In this document: positions 23,597 through 34,068 of the stretch, piece after piece
Numbering within the stretch: position 1 is the stretch's first letter
Layout of the letters: the number at the start of each line of letters is the position of its first letter
Origin: Kofleriaceae bacterium
GTDB lineage: Bacteria > Myxococcota_A > Polyangia > Haliangiales > Haliangiaceae
Reading direction: 5' to 3'
NCBI GenBank assembly: GCA_964203225.1
Contig: CAXNMK010000002.1
Location: forward strand, 801,664 to 854,426
Length of the DNA: 52,763 bases
The notes under the pieces: model-generated
What the model was told of the DNA's origin: nothing
Databases searched by the model: none
What the model saw: only the letters and a program-made list of their open reading frames with translations
Program-made: the position numbers and the translations under genes

Positions 23597-25149
23597 GCCA
23601 AAACGTTATCACGGTCGCTGCACGGGTGGCGGTCGTCGCGGCCGTCGCCAGCCTCGCGGGATGTACGCCGCGCGATCGCCGCACGCCCGACGACACCCTG
23701 GTCGTCGTGATCGAGACCGCGATGACGACCGCCGATCCGCGCTACGCGCTGTCGAGCTACGACGGCAAGCTCGCGAAGCTGGTGTGCGCGGGGCTGACCG
23801 CGCTCGACACGCCGGACCTCGTGCCGCGCCTCGAGCTCGCGTCGCGGATCGACCGGATCGACGACGTGACCTGGGACGTCGCGATCCGCGCGGATGCCCG
23901 GTTCTCCGACGGGGCACCGGTCACCGCCGAGGACGTCGCCGGCACCTACCAGGCGCTGCTCGCCCCCGCCTCCGACAGCCTGTTCCACAAGTCGCTGTCG
24001 GAGAAGTTCGCCCGGGTCGAGGTCCGCGGCCCGGGGCTGGTGCGCTTCCACCTCAAGACCGCACTCGCGACGCTGATGACGGACCTCGACTTCGGGATCT
24101 TCCGGACCACGGCCGGGTTGCCCGCGCCGGGCAAGGTCGTCGGCGCCGGGCCGTACGTCGTGCGCGCGCTGTCGTCGCAGCAGGTGCGGCTCGACGCCAA
24201 CCCGCACTACGTGGGCGGGCCACCGCGCACGCCCCACGTCGAGATCCGGTTCGTGCGTGACGGTGCGGCGCGCCTGCTGATGCTCGTCGGTGGCAGCGCT
24301 GATCTGATCCAGAACGCCGTCCGCCTCGATCTCGTCGATGATCTTGCGGGCCGGCCGCGCGTGCGCATCGAGTCTGCGCCGAGCGTGATCCTGACGTACC
24401 TGATGCTCAACAACGACGACCCGGTGCTGCGCGACGTCCGCGTGCGCCGCGCGATCGGGTACGCGCTCGATCGCCGCGCGATCATCGCGGCGCAGTTCGG
24501 CGGGCGTGCGCAGCTCGCGAGTGGGCTGGTCGCGCCGCTCCACTGGGCCTACAACCCGGACGTTCCGCGCTACGAGCACGATCCCGCGCGTGCGAAGCAG
24601 CTGCTCGACGAGGCCGGCCTGCGCGACCCCGACGGCGACGGGCCGCGGCCGCGGCTGCACCTCGTCTACAAGACCAGCTCCGATGCGTTCCGCGTGGCGG
24701 TGGCGCGCGTGATCGCGGCGCAGCTCGCCGAGATCGGACTCGACGTCGAGGTGCGCTCGTTCGAGTTCGGGACGTTCTTCGCGGACGTCAAGAAGGGCAG
24801 CTACCAGCTCGCCTCGATGCAGACCTCGGACATCAGCGACCCGGACTTCTACTTCACCTACTTCCACTCGTCGTGGATCCCGAGCGCGACCACTCCCGAC
24901 GGCTACAATCGCTGGAGGTACCGCAGCGAGGTCGTCGACCGGCTGACCGAGGCGGGGCGGCGCGAACTCGATCGCCCGCGCCGCAAGGCGATCTACGACC
25001 AGGTCCAGGCCCAGGTGGCCGCCGATGCCCCGGTGATCCCGCTGTGGCATGAGGACAACGTGGTCCTCACCAACATCGACGTGCGGGGCTACCAGATCAC
25101 CCCCAACGCGCGCCTGGTGGGGCTGCGGGCGGCGTGGAAGGCGCCCTGA
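23590..25149 (+). CDS. ABC transporter substrate-binding lipoprotein, family 5 (peptide/nickel/opine type)
   Basis: Lipobox [28 protein letters not shown]_bac_5-like body. Stop TGA at 25147-25149. Confidence 0.85.
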   Translation: MPRQNVITVAARVAVVAAVASLAGCTPRDRRTPDDTLVVVIETAMTTADPRYALSSYDGKLAKLVCAGLTALDTPDLVPRLELASRIDRIDDVTWDVAIRADARFSDGAPVTAEDVAGTYQALLAPASDSLFHKSLSEKFARVEVRGPGLVRFHLKTALATLMTDLDFGIFRTTAGLPAPGKVVGAGPYVVRALSSQQVRLDANPHYVGGPPRTPHVEIRFVRDGAARLLMLVGGSADLIQNAVRLDLVDDLAGRPRVRIESAPSVILTYLMLNNDDPVLRDVRVRRAIGYALDRRAIIAAQFGGRAQLASGLVAPLHWAYNPDVPRYEHDPARAKQLLDEAGLRDPDGDGPRPRLHLVYKTSSDAFRVAVARVIAAQLAEIGLDVEVRSFEFGTFFADVKKGSYQLASMQTSDISDPDFYFTYFHSSWIPSATTPDGYNRWRYRSEVVDRLTEAGRRELDRPRRKAIYDQVQAQVAADAPVIPLWHEDNVVLTNIDVRGYQITPNARLVGLRAAWKAP

Positions 25150-25485
25150 GAGACGGTGAAACCGTCTCGAAGCCGGGGTGGGAACCCTGCGCGGCTTGCC
25201 GCGGAGGGCGGGGCGGAGCCCCGTGGGATCGAGGGACGGTGAACCCGTCTCGAAGCCGGGGTGGGAACCCTGCGCGGCTTGCCGCGGAGGGCGGGGCGGA
25301 GCCCCGTGGGATCGAGGGACGGTGAACCCGTCTCGAAGCCGGGGTGGGAACCCTGCGCGGCTTGCCGCGGAGGGCGGGGCGGAGCCCCGTGGGATCGAGG
25401 GACGGTGAACCCGTCTCGAAGCCGGGGTGGGAACCCTGCGCGGCTTGCCGCGGAGGGCGGGGCGGAGGCCCGTGGAACCGAGGGA
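25150..25485 (+). repeat. Tandem array of four 83 bp REP-like elements. Each unit has the hairpin GAGACGGTGAA(A/C)CCGTCTC plus GGGGTGGGAACCCTGCGCGGCTTGCCGCGGAGGGCGGGGCGGAGCCCCGTGGGATCGAGGGA. The first hairpin starts right at the stop codon of the SBP gene
   Basis: The period of 83 is verified from unit starts at 25153, 25236, 25319 and 25402. The four identical small ORFs predicted at 25178, 25261, 25344 and 25427 are artefacts of the repeat. Confidence 0.85.
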
Positions 25486-25586
25486 GCGCCCGGCGGGACG
25501 CAGCCGGCGCGCGCGGCTGGCAAATGCGGCGGCCTCCCAGATGAGCCTGGAACGGGGGGGCGGGACATGGTACCAACCGGCCCTCG

Positions 25587-25847
25587 ATGTCCATGGATCA
25601 AGCCTCCGAGGACCTGTTCCTCGGCATCGCTCACGCACTGTTCGTGAACCGCCTCCACGTCCTCCGCCTCACGGAGATCGTGCGGCTCGGCGTTCGCCCC
25701 GACCCGCACGACCAGAACATGGAAGTGCCCCAGGAGGTCGACCGCGAGCTGATCCAGCAGGCGTTCGCCTACGTGACCCGCCATTTCCCGTCTGCCTTCA
25801 CCGGCAAGCTCGAGGCGGCGAAGGCGCGCTGGATCCGCCTGGCTTGA
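25587..25847 (+). CDS. Small hypothetical protein (86 aa)
   Basis: Balanced amino-acid composition (MSMDQASEDLFLGIAHALFVNRLHVLRLTEIVRLG...), unlike the surrounding GC-artefact ORFs. No recognisable family. Confidence 0.4.
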   Translation: MSMDQASEDLFLGIAHALFVNRLHVLRLTEIVRLGVRPDPHDQNMEVPQEVDRELIQQAFAYVTRHFPSAFTGKLEAAKARWIRLA

Positions 25848-25979
25848 TCGGGGCGTGATCCGGTCCTCGACCGGGCCCACGCGGCGTGGTCGCCGCGGCC
25901 CGGCCGCGATCGCGACGGGGGTGGCTGCGTTCGCGCGGGAGCAGGCTGCGTGCGCGCCGGAGCAGGCTACGCTGGGTTC

Positions 25980-26930
25980 ATGCACCGCCTGGTCGACCTG
26001 CTGATCTCGCCCCTGGTCCCGCTGTCATTCGGCCGCCCGGGGCTGCGCGTGCGCCGGGGCGGGTTCACCGCGCTGCCGCGGCAGGACGGGCGCCACGTGG
26101 TGATCACCGGCGCCAACAGCGGCATCGGCCGGGCCGCGACGGAGGTGCTCGCCTGCCTTGGCGCGCGCGTCACGATGGTGTGTCGGGATGGCGGACGGGG
26201 CGAGGTGGCGCGGGCCGAGCTCGCGTCGGCGATCGGGCGGGATGATCTGCTGACCGTGGAGCGCTGCGATCTGTCACGCCTGGACGATGTCGCCGCGCTC
26301 GCGGCGCGCCTGACCGCGCCGATCGACGTGCTGATCCACAACGCGGGCCTGCTGCCAGCGGCGCGCACCGACACCCCCGACGGCCTCGAGTTGACGTGGG
26401 CCACGCACGTCGCCGGCCCGCACCTGCTGACCCGGCTCCTTCGACCGCGCCTGGCCGCGGGCGCGCGCGTGGTGTGGGTGTCGTCGGGTGGGATGTACCT
26501 CGCGCCGCTGGTCGCGCCGGGCACCGTGCCCGCGCCGTACGACGGCGTCCGCGCGTACGCGCTGACCAAGCGCGCGCAGGTGGTGCTCGCGAGCCTGTGG
26601 GCCGCGTACGAGCCCGCGGTCGTGTCCGTCGCGATGCACCCCGGCTGGGCCGACACCGTGGCGGTGCAGACCTCGCTGCCGCGGTTCCGCGCGCTGACGC
26701 GGCCGCTGCTGCGCGATGCCGCGGGCGGGGCGGACACCATCGCGTGGCTCGCCGCCGCGCCGGGCGAGGCGCTCGCGAGCGGCGCGTTCTATTTCGACCG
26801 GGCAAAGCGCGGGACCCACGTGGCGCCGTGGCAACGCGAGACGCCGGCCGCGCGCGACGCGCTGTGGTCGTGGTGTGAGGACCTCGCAGCGCCGTTCGTG
26901 GCGCGCCTGGCCGCGGCCCGCGTCAGCTGA
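25980..26930 (+). CDS. SDR-family oxidoreductase (retinol-dehydrogenase-like)
   Basis: VITGANSGIGRA, NAG and YALTKRAQ motifs. ATG at 25980 verified. Confidence 0.8.
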   Translation: MHRLVDLLISPLVPLSFGRPGLRVRRGGFTALPRQDGRHVVITGANSGIGRAATEVLACLGARVTMVCRDGGRGEVARAELASAIGRDDLLTVERCDLSRLDDVAALAARLTAPIDVLIHNAGLLPAARTDTPDGLELTWATHVAGPHLLTRLLRPRLAAGARVVWVSSGGMYLAPLVAPGTVPAPYDGVRAYALTKRAQVVLASLWAAYEPAVVSVAMHPGWADTVAVQTSLPRFRALTRPLLRDAAGGADTIAWLAAAPGEALASGAFYFDRAKRGTHVAPWQRETPAARDALWSWCEDLAAPFVARLAAARVS

Positions 26931-27600
26931 CGCGTGGCGCGCCGAGGAGCAGCCGGTTCTTGGGGGTGATGGCCGGATCGATCGCCTGGGTCACCACGTC
27001 GTAGCCTGCGGCGAGCAGGCGGTGCGCACGCGCGACGTCGACAGCGAGCGTGGGCTCGAGCCACCCGCCGAGCGTGGCGCCTGCGATGGCGTGGCAGCAT
27101 GGCAGCACCGCGACCCGCGCGCGCGCCGCGACCGCCGCATCGAGCACCGCATCGGTCAGCGCCCCGCACGCGTGCACCGAGACCACCACGTCCCCGGCCA
27201 CCGGCGGGACCTCCGCGAGCGGGCGCGCCAGGGCCACCACGCGCCCGGCGAGCCGCGGCCACGCGTCCACGAGCGCGCGCGAGAGCACCGCCGCGCTGGC
27301 GGGCACGTTCGGATCGACGGCGAGCGCGACCGGCGAGGTGTCATCGAGGATCAACATCAGGTGGGCGACCAGGCCGTGCCCGCATGCGAGATCGAGCACG
27401 CGGCCGCCGCGGAACCGCCGGCGTGCGCGGCGCGCCACCTCCCAGGCCTCGTAGAGCTCCTTGCGCGGCAGGCACGCCGCCTCGCACACGACGCGCGCCA
27501 CGCGCTCGAACAGCGTGTCGCCGGGGAACCGCGCGAGGTCGCGCGGGGTGAGCCGGTTGCGGCTACCGTGGGCGTAGCGCGGGGGGCCCTCAGGGTGCAT
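26923..27600 (-). CDS. Class I SAM-dependent methyltransferase
   Basis: VLDLACGHGLVAH motif I. Acidic motif II follows. Confidence 0.65.
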   Translation of the reverse strand: MHPEGPPRYAHGSRNRLTPRDLARFPGDTLFERVARVVCEAACLPRKELYEAWEVARRARRRFRGGRVLDLACGHGLVAHLMLILDDTSPVALAVDPNVPASAAVLSRALVDAWPRLAGRVVALARPLAEVPPVAGDVVVSVHACGALTDAVLDAAVAARARVAVLPCCHAIAGATLGGWLEPTLAVDVARAHRLLAAGYDVVTQAIDPAITPKNRLLLGAPRVS

Positions 27601-27608
27601 GGAGGCCG

Positions 27609-28991
27609 TCAGCTCCGGTGCGGGTGCGTCGGCGCGGGCACCGGCGCCGACGCATCCCCGGCGGCCGCCTTGATCGCGTCGAGGCGCTCGCGGCGTGCCC
27701 GCAGCTCGGCCTCGAACCCCGACGCCGTCGGCTCGTAGATCCGCTCGCCGGCGAGCGCATCAGGCAGGTAGTCGTCCGGGACGTAGTGGCCCTCGAACTC
27801 GTGCGGGTACTTGTAGCCCTGGCCGTGGCCCATCGAGCGGTCGAGCGCGGTCGAGCCCGGACGGAACCTCGCGGGCACGGGCAGCGTGCCCTGCTCGCGC
27901 ACCAGCTTGCGGGCCGCGGCGTAGGCGGTGAGGGCGGTGTTCGATTTCGGCGCGAGCGCGAGGTAGGTCACCGCCTGCGTCATCGCGAGCACGCCCTCGG
28001 GCAGGCCGACCAGCTCGACCGCCTGCAGCGCCGACACCGCGACGACGAGCGCCTGCGGATCCGCGTTGCCGACGTCCTCGGACGCGAAGATCACCATCCG
28101 GCGCAGCACGAACCGCGGATCCTCGCCGGCCTCGATCATGCGCGTCATCCAGTACACCGCGGCGTCCGGATCGCTGCCGCGCATCGCCTTGATGAACACG
28201 CTGACGACGCCGTAGTGCTCGTCGCCGGCCTTGTCGTAGAGCAGATTGCGCCCCTGCGCTGCCTCGGCGATGTGCTCGGCGGTGACCGGCGTCGCGGGCG
28301 CATCGCCGGCGGCGCGGCGCGCGAGATCGGCGGCGACCTCGAGGATCGAGTACATCCGGCGCGCATCGCCACCGGCGACCGCGACCAGCTGGACCGTGAC
28401 CTCGTCGTCGAGCCGGACGTCGAGGGGCCCCAGGCCGCGCTCGTGATCCGCGACCGCGCGCTGTGCGAGGCCGGCGAGCTCGGGCTCGGACAGCACCTCG
28501 AGCCGGACCACGCGGCAGCGGGACAGCAGCGCGGCGACCACGCCGAAGCTCGGGTTCTCGGTGGTCGCGCCGATCAGCGTGACCGTGCCGGCCTCCACGT
28601 GGGGGAGCAGCGCGTCCTGCTGGGTCTTGCTGAACCGGTGGATCTCGTCCACGAACAGCAGCGTCCGCGCGCCGAACTGGTCCCGGCGCTGGGCGGCGCG
28701 GGCCACCGCCTCGCGCACGTCCTTGACGCCGGCATCGACCGCGGACAGCGCGGTCAGCTCCGCGCGCAGCGTCTCGCCGAGCAGGCGGGCCAGCGTGGTC
28801 TTGCCGCTGCCCGGCGGGCCCCACAGCAGGAGGGACGGGATGGCGCGGCCCGGTACCAGGTTTGACAGGATGCGGCCGGGGCCGACGAGGTGGCGCTGTC
28901 CGACCACCTCGTCGAGCGTGCGCGGGCGCATCCGCTCCGCGAGCGGCTGGCCGACCTGGCGTCGCTGCGCGCTCTGCGCGAACAGATCCAC
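27609..28991 (-). CDS. rarA: Replication-associated recombination protein A (AAA+ ATPase RarA/MgsA)
   Basis: Walker A LWGPPGSGKTTLA. FVDEIHRF. MgsA C-terminal domains. GTG start at 28991 (VDLFAQS...) gives a canonical N-terminus. The track ORF extends to 29078. Confidence 0.85.
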   Translation of the reverse strand: MDLFAQSAQRRQVGQPLAERMRPRTLDEVVGQRHLVGPGRILSNLVPGRAIPSLLLWGPPGSGKTTLARLLGETLRAELTALSAVDAGVKDVREAVARAAQRRDQFGARTLLFVDEIHRFSKTQQDALLPHVEAGTVTLIGATTENPSFGVVAALLSRCRVVRLEVLSEPELAGLAQRAVADHERGLGPLDVRLDDEVTVQLVAVAGGDARRMYSILEVAADLARRAAGDAPATPVTAEHIAEAAQGRNLLYDKAGDEHYGVVSVFIKAMRGSDPDAAVYWMTRMIEAGEDPRFVLRRMVIFASEDVGNADPQALVVAVSALQAVELVGLPEGVLAMTQAVTYLALAPKSNTALTAYAAARKLVREQGTLPVPARFRPGSTALDRSMGHGQGYKYPHEFEGHYVPDDYLPDALAGERIYEPTASGFEAELRARRERLDAIKAAAGDASAPVPAPTHPHRS

Positions 28992-29064
28992 GCCCCGTGA
29001 TACCCCCAAACCCGTGCCGCGTGCTGGACTTCCACCCGCTACGTCCGGCAGGCGGGGCGGCGGC

Positions 29065-29094
29065 CATCGGCCGGACACCGGTGTCCGGCCGATG
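29065..29094. promoter_or_regulatory. Perfect 30 bp palindrome CATCGGCCGGACACCGGTGTCCGGCCGATG in the rarA / PilZ divergent intergenic region
   Basis: Read directly from the sequence. No loop and no T-tract, so an operator or cruciform is more likely than a terminator. Confidence 0.4.
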
Positions 29095-29253
29095 TGGCCA
29101 GGGGACCACGATTTGGGCCCGCCACCCGGTAGGTGTCGGCCGGTCCCCGTGACGGCGGTCGCGCGGCCCTCCGGGTTTCGCGGGGTTATCGCCAGCTGGG
29201 TGACTCAAGATCGGTCCGGGGTACGTGGCACGCCCCGTGCTTCTGCTCAGGGC

Positions 29254-29727
29254 ATGGCGCTCATCGAGACCATCTACCGCTACCGCACGCTGCTCGGAAA
29301 GTGTGAGCTGGGTGTCGGGCTGGGCCTCGACGAGGCCGAGGACGTGATGGCGATCGAAGCCGCGTTCCGCGCGACCGCGGACGAGCTGCGCGCGCGCGGC
29401 CGCACGTTCCGCCGCGAGGCGGTTCGGGTCGGCGGGCTGCTCCGCGGCGACCGCATCCATGACCGCGTCGGGGTGTCCGAGATCGGGCTCGGCGGGTTCA
29501 TCGTCCGCAAGGCGCCGTTCATCGCGAAGGGCGAGCTGGTCGAGCTCGAGATCGAGATCGGCGACCTCGCACTCCGGTTCTGCGCGCGCGGCGTATGGCT
29601 CAAGGAGGACGGCGACGACTACCGCGTCGGCCTCGCCATGGTCGGCATGCCGGTGTGCCTGCACCGCGTCGTGGTGTCCACACACCACGCCGACGTCATC
29701 GACGAGATCTCGGCTGTGGCGGCCTGA
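29254..29727 (+). CDS. PilZ-domain protein (c-di-GMP receptor-like)
   Basis: RxxxR (FRREAVR) and DxSxGG-like (GVSEIGLGGF) motifs. Confidence 0.7.
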   Translation: MALIETIYRYRTLLGKCELGVGLGLDEAEDVMAIEAAFRATADELRARGRTFRREAVRVGGLLRGDRIHDRVGVSEIGLGGFIVRKAPFIAKGELVELEIEIGDLALRFCARGVWLKEDGDDYRVGLAMVGMPVCLHRVVVSTHHADVIDEISAVAA

Positions 29728-29772
29728 TCGACGATCGACCGGCTCGCGCCGCTGGCGCCGATCAACGGTCGA

Positions 29773-30729
29773 TCAACGATCGAACAGGCGCGTCAGCAGG
29801 TGCAGCGAGCGCGGCGGCAGGGTGGCCCCGCGCCACTTGAGGGCACGGGTCACGACCAGTGCCTTGTCGGCGGCGGTCAGCGACGGGCGCTCGGCGAGCA
29901 GGCCGGCCCCGGCGTGCTCGATCTTGTCGAGGATCCGCATCCCGCCGTGCCACATCAGCGCGAGCTCGACCGCGAGGTCGGCGCCGACGATGTCGATCAG
30001 CGGGCGGGCGCGCTGGAACAGGGCGCGCGTGCGTGCGACCTCGTAACGGATCAGCGCCTCGACCGCCGGCGTGGCGCGGCGGCTCGCGATGTCGGCCTCG
30101 GTCACGCCGAAGTGGCGGAGGTCCTCGGCCGGCATGTAGACGCGGCCGCGCTTCCAGTCCGCGGGGATGTCCTGGATCAGCCGGGCCACGGCGAGGCCGG
30201 TGGCGAGATCCTCGGCGTAGGCGTGCAGCTCGGGTGCGCGGTAGCCGCCGATGTAGAGCAGCAGGCGGCCGACCGGCTCGGCGGCGTGGCGCGTGTAGCT
30301 GCGCAGCTCGGAGAAGGTGGCGTAGCGGAGGCGCTCGAGATCGGTCCGGAACCCGGACAGCAGCTCGACGAACTCGGTGATCGGTAGCTGGAACTTGTCG
30401 ACGGTGTCGGCGAGCGCGACGAACACCGGGTGCTCGGCGTGGCCGCGATACGCGTCGTGGAGCTGCTCCTCCCAGCGATCGAGCTCGCGGGCGCGGCGCC
30501 CCTCGTACTGGTCCTCGTCCGCGAAGTCGTCGGCGACCCGCGCGAACGCGAAGATCGCGAAGATGTGCTTGCGCAGGTTCGAGCGCGTGAACATCGACGC
30601 GACCGGGTAGTTATGCTGGCGCGCACGCACGAGCGCCTCGCAGTAGCCGTAGCAGGCCTCGAGCTCGAGGGTGGGCGGCAGGGCGACGGCGAGGGCCGGG
30701 GAGCGAAGGACGCCGAGGCGGTGGATCAT
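29773..30729 (-). CDS. Squalene/phytoene synthase family protein (HpnC/HpnD/CrtB-like)
   Basis: Asp-rich motif ARVADDFADED. YCxxVAGxVG-like core. Trans-isoprenyl diphosphate synthase head-to-head fold. Confidence 0.85.
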   Translation of the reverse strand: MIHRLGVLRSPALAVALPPTLELEACYGYCEALVRARQHNYPVASMFTRSNLRKHIFAIFAFARVADDFADEDQYEGRRARELDRWEEQLHDAYRGHAEHPVFVALADTVDKFQLPITEFVELLSGFRTDLERLRYATFSELRSYTRHAAEPVGRLLLYIGGYRAPELHAYAEDLATGLAVARLIQDIPADWKRGRVYMPAEDLRHFGVTEADIASRRATPAVEALIRYEVARTRALFQRARPLIDIVGADLAVELALMWHGGMRILDKIEHAGAGLLAERPSLTAADKALVVTRALKWRGATLPPRSLHLLTRLFDR

Positions 30730-30807
30730 CGTGGTTCCCCTCCGGGTGCAGCGAGAGCGCGGTCGGCCAGGCGCGCGAACACTTCGCGCGCCCGGTCAGC
30801 CTTGACG

Positions 30808-32052
<1,245 letters not shown>

Positions 32053-32066
32053 GGAGAGGCTCGTAT

Positions 32067-33088
32067 TTACGACGCGATCGGGATTAAGTCCACGCCGGTC
32101 TCGTCGAGTCGCAGGGACATGGGCTGACACCCGGCTTGGATGAGCGCCCGGGTGGCTTCGGATACATCTGCGGTGACCGGGAGCACGGCGATGCCGATGT
32201 CGCCGGCGCCGGCGCCCGTGGTCTTGGCGGTGCCCCCGAGGGCTGCCAGGGCGGCCCGTGCGGCGGTGACACACCCGGGGACCAGCGGTGCGCACGGTGC
32301 GCGGCGGCCAGGCGATCGGTGGCGTGGGCGGCCAGCGCCAGGGCCCCGAGCAGCGCCGTGGCGGCGAGCGCCGGGGGGGCCGCGCAGGCAGCGCAGGCGG
32401 TGCGCGAGGCGGTGGTGACCGCGGCCAGGGCGGCGTCCACGGCGACGCGATCCCGCGCGCGCGCGGCGGTGACCGCGGCCACCAGCGTGACGGTGTCGGC
32501 GGCGGTGCCGGTGAAGAACGGGATCAGGCGGACGCCGGTGGGCCACGCCCGGCGGGTCACGCGCGGGGCGGCACCCTCACCGCGCTCGGCGACCACGAAC
32601 TCGAGCACGCCACCGAGGGTGGCGGCGGCGATGTCGGCCCCCGAGCCGCGCGCGCCCTTGGCGCCCTGCGCGGCGGCGTGGGCGGCGGCGGCGATGGCCA
32701 GGACCTGCGCGCGATCGAGTCCCGCGCCCCCGCGCGCGGCGCTGGCGGCGAGCGCGAGCGCGGTCGCGGCCACGGTGACGGCGGCGCTCGAGCCGAGGCC
32801 GAGCTTGGTCGCGCCCTCGTAGAGCGCGGTCGAGTCGACGAGCACGCGGCGCGCGGCGGTGGCGGCGTGCGCCAGCCCGCGGCGCGCGAGCTCCTCGGCG
32901 ACCGCGGTCAGAAACGGCGAGGCGCCGGTGGCCTCGCCGCTGGCCGCGAGCCGCGCGGTGACCCGGCGATCGACCGCGATCACCAGCGCCGGCGCGCCAT
33001 CGAGCACCGCGTACTCGCCGGTCAGGATCAGCTTGCCGGGCGCGGAGGCGACCACGCCCACATCGAGCGCGTCGCCGGGCCCGCTCAC
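32067..33088 (-). CDS. Phosphomevalonate kinase (GHMP family). Apparent frameshift near 32290-32320
   Basis: N-terminal ~250 aa are in ORF 32084..33232 (SAPGKLILTGEYAVLDGAPAL, GLGSSAA). The C-terminal 70 aa (...LAALGGTAKTTGAGAGDIGIAVLP...) are in ORF 32067..32546. GTG at 33088 overlaps the mvd TGA. Confidence 0.7.
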
Positions 33089-34068
33089 GCGATGACCGCG
33101 GCGGCGTCGCCGGGGCCGCTGATCACGACCTCGGTGACGCCGGGCACGGCGCGCACGGCGGCGGCGATCGATTCGGCCTGGTCGGCCGAGGTCAGCACCT
33201 TGACGTGCGGGCCGGCGTCCATCGTGCCCCACGCCGCCGCGCCGAGCGCGCGCAGGGCGTGGACCTCGGCGAGCACCGCGAGGGTGGTGGGCTGCCAGTA
33301 GATGATCGCGGGGCGGGCGGCGATCGCTGAGGCGTGCATCGCGAGCGCGTTGGCCTCCGCGATCGCGCCGAGCGCGGGCAGGTCATCCTCGGCGAGCGCG
33401 CGTTCGGCGGCGGCAAGATCACGGGGCACCTGATCGATCCACGCGCGGTAGAACGGCGAGGTCTCCGCGGTGTGGTCCATCGCGTCGCGCGAGCCGTGGG
33501 TCTTCGGGATGCCGCCACCGACGATCGCGATCACCATCCGCGCGCGCGCAGCCAGGCGGGACGCCACGGGCTCCGCGAACGCGTCGCCGCCATCGTCGAG
33601 GACGCCGGCCTGCATCCGCACGAACCCGCCGAACAGCGAGCGGGCCGCCGATCCCGAGCCCCGGCGCGCGAGGATCGACAGCGCCCGCGGCGTCCGCGTC
33701 AGCCCGGCGGCGGCGGTGGCGGCCACGGCGAGCGCGGCGTAGCCGGACGCCGAGGAGGCGAGGCCCGACGCCGTCGGGAAGTCGTTCCGGCTGGTCACGC
33801 GCGCGCGCGTGGTCATGCCGGCCTCGGCGCGGACGAGGTCGAGGAACGCGCTCGTGCGCGCCACGTCAACGGGCCTCGCGGGGGTGCCGTCGAGCTCGAG
33901 TTCGTCGGTGGCGAGCGCGGCATCGAACGCGACGGTGGTCACCGTGGTCAGCGACGCCAGCGTCAGCGACAGGCTGCCGGCGGCCGGGAGGTTGAGCTGG
34001 GCGGCGCGCTTGCCCCAGTACTTGACGAGCGCGATGTTCGCACACGCGCGCGCGGTGGCGGACGTCAT
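33085..34068 (-). CDS. Diphosphomevalonate decarboxylase
   Basis: MTSATARACANIALVKYWGKR. GLASSASG. ATG at 34068 overlaps the upstream TGA (ATGA). Confidence 0.9.
   Translation of the reverse strand: MTSATARACANIALVKYWGKRAAQLNLPAAGSLSLTLASLTTVTTVAFDAALATDELELDGTPARPVDVARTSAFLDLVRAEAGMTTRARVTSRNDFPTASGLASSASGYAALAVAATAAAGLTRTPRALSILARRGSGSAARSLFGGFVRMQAGVLDDGGDAFAEPVASRLAARARMVIAIVGGGIPKTHGSRDAMDHTAETSPFYRAWIDQVPRDLAAAERALAEDDLPALGAIAEANALAMHASAIAARPAIIYWQPTTLAVLAEVHALRALGAAAWGTMDAGPHVKVLTSADQAESIAAAVRAVPGVTEVVISGPGDAAAVIA

Noticed and set aside
25150-25485. Tandem repeat considered as a CRISPR array
   Set aside because: Units are directly contiguous with no unique spacers. The same unit occurs singly elsewhere and is fixed to stop codons
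23542-25638. 698 aa minus ORF
   Set aside because: Antisense of the ABC SBP gene continuing through the repeat array
25178-25647. Four near-identical ORFs MGTLRGLPRRAGRSPVGSRDGEPVSKPGWEPCAACRGG...
   Set aside because: Generated by translating each 83-bp repeat unit. Not genes
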